From: Felis catus
Lineage: Eukaryota
Reading direction: 5' to 3'
Length of the DNA: 64,000 nt
Assembly: GCF_018350175.1 (NCBI RefSeq)
Contig: NC_058368.1
Location: 194,868,001-194,932,000, forward strand
The translations under genes were made by a program, and so were the position numbers. Shown here piece by piece: positions 1 through 12,452 of the stretch. Position 1 is the first letter of the stretch. The number at the start of each line of letters is the position of its first letter. The notes beneath the pieces are model-generated. The model saw only the letters and a program-made list of their open reading frames with translations, was not told where the DNA came from and searched no databases.

Positions 1-48
1 ATTTTGCCACATACAACTAAATTCCATGGTATTGAAAAGGGATGTCTC

Positions 49-282
49 GGGGCGCCTGGGTGGCTCAGTCGGTTAAGTGGCCGACTTTGGCCCAGGTCAT
101 GATCTCACGGTCCGTGAGTTCGAGCCCCACGTCGGGCTCTGTGCTGACAGCTCAGAGCCTGGAGCCTGTTTCAGATTCTGTGTCTCCCTCTCTCTGACCC
201 TCCCCCGTTCATGCTTTGTCTCTCTCTGTCTCAAAAATAAATAAATGCTAAAAAATAAAATAAAATAAAAATTAAAAAAAAA
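49..282 (+). mobile_element. CAN-SINE (SINEC_Fc type)
   Basis: GGGGCGCCTGGGTGGCTCAG head, CT-rich segment, A tail; TSD AAAAGGGATGTCTC at 35-48 and 283-296. Confidence 0.95.
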
Positions 283-1115
283 AAAAGGGATGTCTCTAAA
301 CCAAGTAACACATACCCCAGAAAAGTTTAAAAATGAAAGAAATGGAGAAATACCGGACAGGCAGCTTAAGAAAAAAATCAGGATCACAATATTGTTACCA
401 GGAAAGTAGAGCTCAAAGTTCAAACAAGAAGCCTCAAAGAAGATAAAGCAAATCATGTTATAAAGGATAAAATGCATAATGAAAAATATTAGATTTCTAT
501 GCATCAAGAAATTTCTTTGAAACAAATTATGTTCTATAAATATTGAGGACAAAAATTAGTAGTGAGATAACTAAATACACTTAAATCTTTGACTAGGAAA
601 GTGAACAAAAATTAGGACAAGAAGGATGTGAATAATATAAATTAATTACGTTGATTTAACAAACTGGGTATGGTACAATAAGGGAATATGGCTTCCTTCC
701 AGCACTCAAGAAAGTCATAAAAATTGATCATTTATTAAGCCACAATGAATAGCTCAATAAGCTGCAAAACTAAATGTATAGAATGCATTCCAGATTGTAA
801 AGCAATAAAACTAAAAACAAGAGTTTTAAGTTTTTAAAATACCAACCCCTGAGAAATTATTAACACTCTTACATGACTTGAAAAAGTGAAAGTCAAAATC
901 ATTACTACAAATCATTTCAAAAATAGTAAAATTTGATACTTCTATATATTAAAATACATGAGATGCAGCAACCAAAGCTATACACGTATTAAAATTTATC
1001 ACTTCACATGTGTCATTGTTCAATAAGAAAAGGTGGAAATAAATAAAGCATTGAAGACAAGATGTTAGGAAAAAGAATAAACTAAGGTAAGAATAAATGT
1101 AAAAACAAAAACAAT

Positions 1116-1325
1116 GGCACCACAAGGGTGGCTCAGTCAGTGAAGTGTCCCACTCTTGATTTCAGCTCAGGACGTGATTTCAGGTTTCATGGGATCGAGC
1201 CTCACATCAAGATCTATGCTGACAGGGCAGAGCCTGCTTGGCATCCTCTCTCCCCCTCATTCAGTCTGCCCCTCCCCCACTTTCTCTCTCTCTCTCTCAA
1301 AGTAATAAACATTTTTTTAAAAAGC
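1116..1325 (+). mobile_element. CAN-SINE, older diverged copy
   Basis: GGTGGCTCAGTCAGTGAAG head, (CT)n, AATAAA tail. Confidence 0.9.
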
Positions 1326-1406
1326 AAAAACTAATGAATTTAATTGATAAATTGACTTGATAAATTATCCAAGGGTCCATTAAAATTTTTTAAAATACTT
1401 CTGGAA

Positions 1407-1909
1407 GTGTTATCTCCTTGTAGTTTTGATTTGCATTTCCCTGATGACAAGTGATGGTGAACATCTTGTCATGTGTCTGTTGGCCATCTGTATGTCTTCT
1501 TTGGAAAAATGTCTATCAGTGTCTTCCACCCATTTATCAACTGGATTGCAGCTACGTGGATGGAGCAAGACAGTATAATGCTAAGCGAAATAAGTCAGTC
1601 AGGGAATGGCAAATACCATATGATTTCACTCGTATTTGGAATTTAAGAAACAAACAAGTATGGGGGAAAACAGAGAAAGGCAAACCAAGAAATAGACTCT
1701 TAACTATAGAGAACTAACTGATGGTCCCAGAAAGGAGGTGGGTGGGGGATAGGTAAAATAGGTGATGGGGATTAAGGAGGGCACTTTGTGATGAGCACAG
1801 AGGGTTGTATGGAAGTGGTATAGTGAATCACTATATTATACAACTGAGACTAATATTACACTGTATGTTAAATAACTGGAACTTAAATAAAATTTTTTTT
1901 AATTTAATA
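1407..1909 (+). mobile_element. 5'-inverted truncated carnivore L1
   Basis: ~1407-1547 is antisense L1 ORF2 C-terminal sequence; ~1548-1909 is the sense L1 3' end. TSD AAAATACTTCT(G/A)GAA at 1392-1406 and 1910-1924. Confidence 0.85.
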
Positions 1910-3672
1910 AAAATACTTCTAGAAAATCTGAGACAAAAGTGAAAGCATTTTCAATGTAAAATATTAGAAATGAGATTTTCTTTTTCACTATAAACAACAC
2001 TTTGCTTAATTCAAGCTAATAGATTTTTTAAATCTCATTGAAATGGATTATTTTCCAGGAAGAAAATAAATCAACAAAATTCATTCAAAAAGACATTTAA
2101 GGAAAAAAAGAAAAAAGCTTGACTATTCCAGTAGCAAAGGAAGAAACTAAAAGTTTGAACTTCATCTTGTATTGTATGCCAGAAATAATTTGCAATGGGT
2201 TTAAGAATGAAATTTGACATGTAATTCTTAAGTAGAAGAAAATGTTTTTTTTTTAATTTCAAATTGTATCAGTCCTCATACATATCAAAAAAAAATCGAC
2301 ACAGAGAAAACACATTCACATAAAGAAAAAAAATCTGCAGATTTGACTCTACTGAATAGGATTTCAGTATGAATAACATCTTTAAATATTAAGAGACAAA
2401 TTTGTAACCTGGAAAAAGTAGTTTCAACACACATGACAGAAAGAGGTATAATACCCTCAATGTAAACAGAATAAGAAATAGATAATCATTAACAGAGATA
2501 TAAACGGGGGACAACAAGAAAAACATGTTCACCCTCTTTAACATGCAACAAGCAAATTCAAATAACAATAAGATCTATTTGCTTCTACTGATATTTTAAA
2601 TAATTCCCAGCTTTAACAGAGGTGAAGAGATTGATGCTATCTACAGAAAATGGATATTTTAACTTTTTTAAGTCCTTTCTACAAGGACAATTTGGCCATT
2701 GATATCCAAAGCCTGAAAATATACATATTCTTTGACCTAGTGATTCTACTTGTAGGAATTTATCCTAATGAAATGGGTATACAAGATAATTTATTTACAG
2801 AAATTGTTCATGTTACTATTTATCACATAAAATATTGTTTGTGCTGTAAATGGCCAATGATAATGAATAATGTGATATGTTTGAATGATCGAACATTATA
2901 TAAGCACAAAGTATAGAATATTAAATGTCATTTTAAAAATGTTATTACAGCTTATGTTTTCAAAGCTCATATTTTTTTAAGAAAAGAGCATCACAATTCC
3001 AGATGCGCATCATAATCATCTCCAAACATGTTATACATTCAGACTCCCGGGCCTCCTGAATCAGCCCAGGTGTGGACCCAGGAATCTGTACTCTTAAAAT
3101 GCTCCATATATAAAGATCTGTACATGAAGCCTGAAAGTATCTATGACATGTTTATTTTGGGATAGAAAGAATATAGATAATGTTTATTTGTGCTTTATGT
3201 GCCTGTTTTGCATTTTCTATAATGAATGCATGTATTGCATTTATCAATTTAAAAATTCTAAGTTTAACGTAAATTGACCATGCAAGGTGATCTGTGATCT
3301 GATAAAGAAGCCCTAAGGACCATGGTTCTGAGAGATTGTAGGAAAAAAAAAAAATTAAGGCAGAAAACATGAACTGGTGGCCCACAAGGTACATCTGAAT
3401 CCTAGACCTCTTTAATCCACATGGTGTTTTAATATTTTAAAAGTGATTGTCCACATTGAAAAATAGGGAGATTCCCCATAATAAATACTGACTTCCATCT
3501 TCTCTTGAGAAGAATACTTGGCCATGCTGGGCCCAGATGGCAGGAACTGATTACAGTAGAGTGACTCCTCCCTAGGTGGGCAAGGGCCCTTAAGTTTACT
3601 ACTGTCCCCACCGCTCCCTAATGTCCTCCTCATCCTGAGGTCAAAGCCAGGTACCTTTAAAAGCACACATTC

Positions 3673-3865
3673 TTTTTGAGGGAGGGAGCCAAAACATAAG
3701 AGACTCTTAAAAACAGAACAAACTGAGGGTTGATGGGGGATGGGAGGGAGGGGAAAGTGGGTGATGGGCATTGAGGAGGGTACCTATTGGGATGAGCACT
3801 GGGTGTTGTATGGAAACCAATTTGACAATAAATTTCATACTTAAAAAAAATAATAAATAAAAAAA
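3673..3865 (+). mobile_element. L1_Fc-type 3' end, 5'-truncated
   Basis: GGGATGAGCACTGGGTGTTGTATGGAAACCAATTTGACAATAAA terminus; TSD TAAAAGCACACATTC at 3658-3672 and 3866-3880. Confidence 0.92.
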
Positions 3866-4124
3866 TAAAAGCACACATTCACTAGTTTGTTGTTGTTGTT
3901 TTTTAATCTCGAACCAAACTGTTTTTACATTACCTGCCTGATCCCTGTGTGTATTTGAGTCTAAGATCCTGTGATTAAGCAAATACCGAGTCAACATGTA
4001 AAAAGTGGGGGAGACAAGGTTGAGAGCCACTGTTTTAGGGGAAAGGGTGCTGGCAGGGAGAGCCCAGACACATCTGAGGGTGAGAAAGGAGACGATACTT
4101 GGTGGGTGCTGAGCCGTAGCAAGG

Positions 4125-4345
4125 AGTTTGGAGACACCCTGGATTCAAACTCCAGCCTTTCCACATCCTGTCTGTGCTCACTGAACTCACAAGAAGCATT
4201 TGCTTCTCTGGGCCTCTGTGTTCTCATCTGCAAAGCAAGAGTCATATTCCCTTCCCTAGAGGGCTGTTATGAGGGTTGCATGGGATGAGGCCTGTACCAG
4301 CTCCACACAGTGTTTGCTTTATAGTGAGTACTCCATAAATGCAAG
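4125..4345 (+). mobile_element. MIR
   Basis: Core CTCTGGGCCTCTGTGTTCTCATCTGCAAA...AGGGCTGTTATGAGGGTT. Confidence 0.75.
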
Positions 4346-5859
4346 CAATTTTGAGCATTATCACTAAGATCGTACCCAGTAAGTACAATGGAGGGATGAA
4401 GGAGGGAGAGGGGGACGAGAGTTGCTCGTGATAGTTGGGGTCTTCTATATACCTTATAACATGATCTCATTTTATCCTGAGAAACCTACCAGTAAAGTAC
4501 CAGAAAGGGCTGGAGTGAGATGATGGAGACCAAAGCGTTTTCTGAGCCACAGAGAACTCTCCTGACACAAAATATTTGTAATGCCATCATTATTGGTCTC
4601 CTTTAACTAGCAGGCCTCATGAAGAGGGTTTTCCAATATTTGATCACTGATGTTTCCTGTCTCCCCTCTTCTGGCCTGACACTTCCCCTTGATCCATACC
4701 CATTCTTCACTCATCTAAAACAAAATGAATAGGCAAAATAAAAGTAAATGCTTCTTGACTTTCCCATCCCAATGACAGAGCAGAAGGCAAATACAATGGA
4801 AGAGCACACAGGGAAGCCCCAGGGTCGGGAGAGGGAGAGCCCATCACCCCCAAACAGATTGCCGCTGAAGGATCCGCCGTAAAATATCAGGGAGGTGGGC
4901 TTCCACCAGGAGAACGCCTAGGCCCTCCCTGCCTTTATCCTTTCCCAGCCCTCTGCTCACTCCAACCTCTGGCCTCAGGTTGGGTAAGCTAACTCCAGGC
5001 TTGAACCTTGAACTGTGTCAGCAGCACAGAGGAGACCTTACCCTGGGGAGGCCCCAGGCTCTACAGTCAGTGCTGCTTTCCTTTCCAGTCACTTCCTTTC
5101 CAGTGCCTTCCTCTGTTTCCTCATCTGTTCAGTGGGAGTAATAATCCCAGACCTCTCCACCTACCTCTTGTGGGTTTTACAAGGACTGTAGGTGAAGGGA
5201 AGAAAGTGCATGAAAATTCATATTTCAGGCCAAAGAAATTGAGGCCAAAGTCGTTAGTACCAGTGTCGTGCAGGCACCGTGTCCTTCTACAGCATGAATA
5301 CATTCATGTGCCTGAATAGCAGTTTCCTTTGGACTTGTGTTTTCTGGGTAGAATGTCAGATATCTGAAGGTGTCAGAGAAAGCAGTTCGGTGTTGAGGGC
5401 CTTTGGGGGTCTGTGACATCCCTACCCATAACTTACCCACAATTTGTCCATGTCGGGGCAAGAGTTGTAATCCATCATCAACTTACTTCCCAGCTATAAT
5501 CATCCGTATGAGTGCAGCTTACATTTTCCTAAGCCCTGTCCTCTTTAGGATCTTATTTGGTAGTTGCCAGACCCCACAGAGAAACACTAGGCATGGATCC
5601 TTGTCGCCTTCGACAGTGAAGGTGACAACACTTGGCAGGATTCTTCACGGGTTGAATGAAGTCAAATTAGGAAGCACTCAGCACAGGCATGACGCCATGA
5701 CACCAGATAAGTAGTCCCTGAGTGGCAGTCAGGGTCTAGGTGGCCTGTAGCATCGTTAAACCCAGGCTCCGGGAGCACCCAGCCTACTGTGCTCAATCCA
5801 GAACATCTCTATCTTTTACCTGGGCAACTACAGCTTCTCCCTAAGTAGTGGCCCTGCCT

Positions 5860-7060
5860 TCAAAACATCCCATGAATGCCTTCTCCACACTAACGATCTT
5901 ACTCCAGGCTGATTCTACCACTCCTCAGCTTAAAACCCATCATTAGCCCCACACTGGCCCACAATTAAGTCCAAACAACTTAAAGTGGCTTACTGGGTAC
6001 TGGTGATGAGGCATCTGTCTCTCTCCCCATCCCCAAACTCCTTCTCTCCAAGCTCCCCATGTTCTAGCCACTACTGGTCTTCTCTCAGCTCTCCCAGAAT
6101 CCTGTGTGCCCTCTGCTTCTGAGCTTTTGCATGTGCTGTGCCCTACCTGGAACACTCCCACCTCCCTGACTGTCCTGACCCACGCACACTGACCTCAACC
6201 TTTGACAACGCCCAATTTAACACTTATGCATCCCCCCCAGCTCTCAACTGAAACGTCACACCCTCCAGGAAACTTTCCTGACTCTAGGCAGGACAGAAAC
6301 CTCTGCTACATGCTCCCAGAGCAACTTCTCTGTCCCTTCAGAACATACTGAAGGGACTAATCTGTTTTCTTCACTAGATGATGAAGTCATGTGTGGAGAC
6401 GGAGGACGCTGAATCCCAAGAACCTAAGATAGCAGAGGGAAGGAAGGAGGGACAGAAGGAGACAAAGTGGGAAAGGAAAAAGAAACTGCCTTACCTATCC
6501 AAGACTTTCCTTATTCAGGCCCTTGCTTTGTCTTTATCTTTGGGTTTATTCTTCATCTGACCTCTGGGAAGAAATGAAGGGTAGGGAACCATCCCCAACA
6601 AACCGAAACAGAAGCATTATTTAAAAGAGAAGTTAAATAAAAGATTTAGTCTTTAAAAAATCAATATCCGTCAGGAACGTACCCATGGAAATTAAGAAAA
6701 ATTCAGAACCAAGGATCAGAATATCCTCTAGGCCAAGGATTCCTTCTGAGAAAGCTCCTTTGCAACAGTCAATTCCTCACAGAGAGGGAAACAGAAGAGC
6801 CCAAAGTCCTGGCTGAGATACTAACAAATTATCTCAGGGATGGGAAGTACAATTACCCTCTTCTTCCTTTGTGTCCCATGGCAACTGATAGGGACTCCCA
6901 CCTGTACTTAGGGCTTTATATGTCCATCTTGGCCTGCTAGACCACGAGCAACTGAAATCAGGACCCAGGCTGAACTGTGTCTGTCCCCCAGACTCAGTAC
7001 ACAGCCTGGCACATAGTAGATGCTCAAGAAATGTTTTCTGCATGAATGAATGAATGACCT
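5860..7060 (+). mobile_element. L2 fragments (two pieces, ~5860-6340 and ~6900-7060)
   Basis: CTTTTGCATGTGCTGTGCCCTACCTGGAACAC and terminal CCTGGCACATAGTAGATGCTCAAGAAATG...ATGAATGAATGAA. Confidence 0.7.
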
Positions 7061-7589
7061 TTACTCATACTCCTCTTTGAGTAAGCCACCTATGTCATGT
7101 AATCTTTCAGTGTGTATTTATTGTGTCCCTATACACATAACAAGACAAACGACTCCTCACCTGATTGAGTTTGCAATCTCTTGGAGAAGGCAGATATTGA
7201 GCACATAATTCCAAGTGTACTTGGAGTTAGGAAAGGGACATTCACTGTTGGCTGGAAGCTTCCACTATGGACGAGTTAAAGCTGAGCGATCAGAAAGCTG
7301 GATGGGATTTAGCCACGCAAAGGGACGAGAGGTGGGAGAGAAAGTTCAAAGAAACAGGAAAAGCATATGAGAAGGCCCCAGGTGGAAAAATGAGACCACA
7401 GAGGAGGACAGATTCTCCAAGCCTGAAAGCCAATGAGCGCAGTATGGTGTAGCCATTTCACACTCACCCTAGTAGGGGAGCTCTTTCTTCCAGTAAAATC
7501 CTCTGTGGAAGCCATTAACGTAAAACATAAAAGGAGAGCTACTCTGGTTGAAGCCACTCCTGTGTTTGCCAAGGAAGGCAAATATTTCA

Positions 7590-7765
7590 GCCCAGGGCTT
7601 CTCAACTTCAACATGCACACAAGTCAAACGGGGAATCTCATTAAAAGGCAGATTCAGCCTCAGGAGGCCTGGAGTGAGGCCTGAGATTCCGCATATCTAC
7701 CAGTCCTCAGGTGATGCCAACCCTGCTGGCCCACCAGCATCCCCATGAACACCAGGATCCTAGCC
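7590..7765. mobile_element. MER5-type hAT-Charlie MITE
   Basis: CAGGGCTTCTCAACTTC...GCAGATTC...GGCCTGAGATTCCGCAT...CAGGTGATGCC pattern. Confidence 0.7.
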
Positions 7766-8686
7766 AGTTATCAGGCAGTTAACTGGGACCCACGAGAATG
7801 CGGGGATGGCCAAACAATCTCTCCAGAATAGAGGCAGTCCTGTGTGGAATGTATTTCACCGCGCATGTGCGGGTCTGTAGGTCAAGTTGAGATGTTGTAA
7901 GCTGCGGGCCTGCAATGAGCTATTGTTACCGAGGTGGCTCATGTACACATGCTCACACCTACCTCCATGTGAGTGTGTGCGTTTCTTTGAACAGTGTGTA
8001 TGTGCACGGGTGCACACACCTCAACAAATTCTCACAACAGAACAAGAACCATGGGCACTAAAAATAGCTCCTGGGACTTACAGCAGCATAATCCGGATTT
8101 AGGAGAAAATAAATTATTTGATCTGTCACTCTGATGTCAGCAGGTCACTTACAATCTACCCAAGTCTCGCCCTGTTTTTTTAGTGCCAGTGACAAAAGAG
8201 AGGAAGAGATCCTTGGAGCAGGGTTTCAGCTTTTTGGAAAGGAATGAGGTTAAAAAAAAAAAGGTCTCCCTACCCGAGTCTTGGTTCAAAGGCCTTGCTG
8301 TACTCCACGGACATCCCAAATGGCACATAATTGCAGTTGTCCGTGCCTGGGGAGCAAGGGGGCTAGTACTGCCTCGGGATTTCAGGACAATTTGAAAAGC
8401 ACACCCCCCCCCCCCCCGCCACACACACACCTGTTACAATGCTTGAACCCACACTATTGGAATCTAATGTGCTCTTGTAATCTAATGATTTCCAGCCTAA
8501 AGGATTTTCAGTCTTCTGTAGGGGTTAATACTTTAAGCTTTTATCACGTAATTCTTCAGGGAGTTTGAAGAGCGGTAAGCGAAAGCAAGGCCTCTGAAAT
8601 GCGACTCACTGTGAGCCGCTGGTTTTGTAAAACCACCTAAAGAGCAAATGTGACTCTTGGCTGTGCTAATAGGAGTAGAGGGTGCA

Positions 8687-8889
8687 GGGGCACCCGTGTG
8701 GCTCAGCTGGTTAAGCATCTGACCCTTGGTTTCAGTTTAGGTCATGATCTCATGGTTCGTGAGTTCAAGCTTCGTGTCGGGCTCTGCACTGACAGTGTGG
8801 AACCTGCTTGGGATTTTTCTCTCCCTCGCTTTCTGCCCCTCCCCTGTCTCTCTCTCTCTCAAACTAAATAAATAAACTTTGGGAAAAAA
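8687..8889 (+). mobile_element. CAN-SINE
   Basis: Typical head and tail; TSD GAGTAGAGGGT on both sides. Confidence 0.92.
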
Positions 8890-9016
8890 GAGTAGAGGGT
8901 AAGAAGGATGATGATCTCAAAGAATTCCATATATTCAGAGTCCACAGAGCAGCCAGAGTAATCTTAAAAGGCAAAGCCCTTTGGTGTGTGGCCATCGCTG
9001 TTAGAAGACCTGAGTC

Positions 9017-9188
9017 AGGTGTGCTTGAGTGGCTCAGTCGGATGAGCGTCCAACTCTTGATTTCTGCTCCAGTCATGATCCCATTCGTGGGATGGAGCCC
9101 TGTGTCAGGCTCCATGCTGGGTGTGGAGCCTGCCTGAGATTCTCTCTCTTCCTCCCTCTCCCCTCTCCCCTGCCCATGCACTCTCCCT
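9017..9188 (+). mobile_element. CAN-SINE lacking its A tail
   Basis: GTGGCTCAGTCGGATGAGCGTCCAACTCTTGATTT head and CT-rich body. Confidence 0.85.
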
Positions 9189-10028
9189 AGTGACCTGAGA
9201 AGTCCTACACAACACAGCCCCAGTCACCCCTCCAGCCCCATAGCTCCTGAGGTTGTCTCCCTCACCAAGCTCCATCTACACTGGTTTGCAGTTCCTGCCA
9301 TATGCCTAGCATACCCTCAGGACCTTTGCACATGCTGTTTCCTCTCGTCTCCCTTTTCACCTAGCCAGCCCTTGTTCATCCTACAAGCTTCAACTAAATG
9401 CTACTTCCTTACCAATGTTTCCATGACTCCACAATTCCTCAGGCTATGCACCTGAGTATCTTCTTCTGCTCCATTGTAGCAGCAGTAACAATAGCTAACA
9501 TTTTCTCAGTGTTCAAAATGTGCCAAGCTTGACCCTAAGCCCTCTTCATTTGTTAGTTCCTAATAACAACCCTCATGAAGTCGTTACTATTATTATTTCC
9601 CCCCATTCAATAGATGGGAAAACTACAGACCAGAAAGGGGAAACAACTTGCCCAATGCCACCCAACGGTAAGTAATGGAGCTCAAGTTCAAAACGACCCA
9701 ACCTAACTCCAGAATTCTTTGCTCAGCGTATGTTTTTCCCAGCAGACTCCAGAAGCCAGGAGCCAAGGTCCTTTGCATCCCTCCATCATCAGCACCCAGT
9801 ACAATGGCTGGCACATGCAGGCGACTTAGTAAATATTTGTTGAACAAGTAATTGACTGAGTAGCTTAGAGTGGGGTCCAAGGAATGATGAGGAGTCTAGA
9901 AATTATATAAGAAAAGGGTGAGGTTGAAGAGTATGCTTAGCTGAGAAAAAGATGCATGGCCAACCTCAAAATTGGGAAAGAAATAGATTTCCTCTGAGTG
10001 GCTACAGAAGGCAGGGCCAGAAATGATT

Positions 10029-10065
<37 letters not shown>

Positions 10066-11717
10066 CAGCAAGAAGATTTCAGCTTAGTAAAAAGACCATC
10101 ATTCAGTGTTATGCCAAAATACAGAGTGCTTCCTTTAGGTAGTCAAGCAAAGGCTGGATCAGCATTTGAGAGGATGGTACTTTGGGAGACACGTGCTCCA
10201 GATGGGGATCCAAATGGGATGGTCCCTCTGTGTCCCTCCAACCCTTATATTCTCAGGACCCACCTACCTCTTCCTACCCCTCATTCCCAGAGGCTCCAAA
10301 AAGAGCATTTCAGCAGGAAAGCAAACTCACGATGGTTGCTCCTAAGAATAAAAGGATGGAGGATGGACTGGAGTTTTAACAAATACAATCCAAAAGGGAG
10401 ACTCCATCCTCCCCTGTCACTGCCCCACCCTGTTCCCCACCCTCACCCCCTCCCCTGACATCCCAGGGAGGGAGGAAATCTTTTGAAACAAGGAAGCCCT
10501 CTCCTACCCTCTCTCCTCCCAGCCCTGCAGCCACTCAGGGCAAGCGCACTGCTCCCCACTGTCCTACTCCTCCCAGAATAAGTTCTGCTCTAAGGGATGG
10601 AAGGGGTGCCTGGGGTTCCTTGAAGGACTGGAGCAAAGTTTTCTTTTGCATTTAACTAAAAAGACAGAAGGGTACTTCTGCTACATGCCCTTTAAGAGCC
10701 TTCCACATTTACATTTTGATTTTAAGAATGGAATTAAATAGAGTAGTATGTTAGAACTAGGAGGGAACTTAAATACTATTCCATCCATTACCTTTGCTTT
10801 ACCTTTATAGGGAAGGAAAGAAACGTTGTCACGGAGAGTGGAGGGAGCTTGTCCAAGGTTGCACAGTAAATTGGTACCAAATTGTAACTCAACTCACTGT
10901 CTCTGACATCTTATTTAACCTTTCTTTTTCTAAAATTCTCCAAGATTGTTTTCTCAGACCTGCTGCTTTCTGAGTTCAGGCAGGCCCTGTGTGTCCACCT
11001 TCTTTTGTGTCACCCCCACGGAGAGCCTTTAGCATGGTTCCACTTGGTAGAAATGCACTTGTGACTTGGAATTAACTTTGAACTCTTGAAAACCTTTTCA
11101 TAAGGACCAGGTGATTTCTTTCCTGTCATTCAAGCCAGAGGCTCTGGAAATAAAAGCAGAGGAGAGACCAAAAGGGCATGTGCCTAAGTGACCTGCCTGT
11201 GACACTCTGACATTCTGATGTGTGTTTGGAGGCTGGGTCAGTGAACTGGCTCTCACTGTACCACTGGGGGAAAGGAAACCCTAGAATGAGTAGGCTAGAC
11301 ATAGCCTTAAAAATCTCCCAGTCCCATGATTCTCCAAAAACTAGTCCTTGAGTCTGCCATAAGGAAATGTTTAATGATGTGTGTGTGTGTGTGTAGACAC
11401 CTTTCCTGACAAAGACTATCCTTTATTCTGAGACCATGTTCTTCTTTCTTTTCTAGTCACTACGTATCTCTTCTTTTATAAAGTGGTGGTGACAGTAGAT
11501 GGTTTGGGGGTTTTGTTTTTAATATTCTTACCATCAAAATGAAAACTGATAACAAAGTTGACAACTCTGTGTTTGGTACCCCAATTTTTTGGAAATTTTA
11601 GAAAACCATGAAGTCTAGAAACCACTGACCTAAACCAGCCTTCTCTTTTTGACAGTTGTGGGACCAAAGGGCCATAGAAATATATAAATATTTCGTGTTC
11701 TGTGAAAGAAAATTCCT

Positions 11718-11859
11718 AGGGGTCCTGGGTGTCTCACTTGGTTGAGCATCTGACTCTTGATTTTGGTTCAAGTCTTGATCCTAGGGCTGTGGGATCCCAA
11801 ACCTGGCCCCGAACCTGGCTCTGCACTGAGCACAGAGCCTGCTTAAGATTCTCTCTCTC

Positions 11860-11893
<34 letters not shown>

Positions 11894-11971
11894 CCCCGTC
11901 TGCCCCTCTCCCCTGCTCATGCTCTCTCTCTCTCTCCCTCTGCCCCTCTCCCCTGCTCATGCTCTCTCTGA

Positions 11972-12023
<52 letters not shown>

Positions 12024-12047
12024 GGAAAGGAAAGGAAAGAAAAGGAA
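11718..12047 (+). mobile_element. CAN-SINE with (GAAA)n/(GGAAA)n tail
   Basis: SINE head at 11718, duplicated CT-rich block, GAAA array from ~11970; TSD AAATTCCTA. Confidence 0.9.
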
Positions 12048-12216
12048 AGGAAATTCCTAAAACGGAGTTAGACATGTTAAGGGGCCATAAAACAGAGCTG
12101 AGAGCCATTGGGAAAGTGAGCACATCCTCACCCAGATGGAACCTGAACCTATGGACTGTGCAAATATCATCCTAAAAAACATCCATGCACTTTGACCACA
12201 GGGCCAGAACCCCCCT

Positions 12217-12452
12217 CTCTTTTTTTATTTGAGAGAGAGCGCATGTGAGAAGGAGAGGGGCAGAGGGAGGGAGCAAGGGGGGGGGGGGTGAAGAGAGAGA
12301 GAGAGAGAGAGAGAATGAATCTTAAGCAGTATCCACACCCAGCATGGAGCCCAGCACAGCCCAACACAGGACTCCATCCCACCACCCTGGAATCATGACC
12401 TGAGCCGAAATCAAGAATTGGCCACTCAATTGACTAAGCCACCCAGGCGCCT
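12217..12452 (-). mobile_element. CAN-SINE
   Basis: T-tract, (GA)n, ends GCCACCCAGGCGCC. Confidence 0.9.

Larger units (their letters stand above)
300..2950 (+). mobile_element. Ancient degenerate L1 (L1M-type ORF2/3' remnants) interrupted by younger inserts
   Basis: A-rich sequence with decayed L1 ORF2-like motifs (e.g. 720-820, 2400-2800); no intact ORF. Confidence 0.6.

Noticed and set aside
49..130. tRNA genes at SINE heads
   Set aside because: The A/B boxes belong to tRNA-derived SINEs followed by a CT-rich body, A tail and TSD; no complete cloverleaf.
97..552. 151-aa ORF and the many similar MAQSV.../GAPGW... ORFs
   Set aside because: Recurrent translations of CAN-SINE sequence.
10031..10062. 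Long poly-A as the tail of a retrocopy
   Set aside because: No upstream poly-A signal, recognisable gene body or TSD found.
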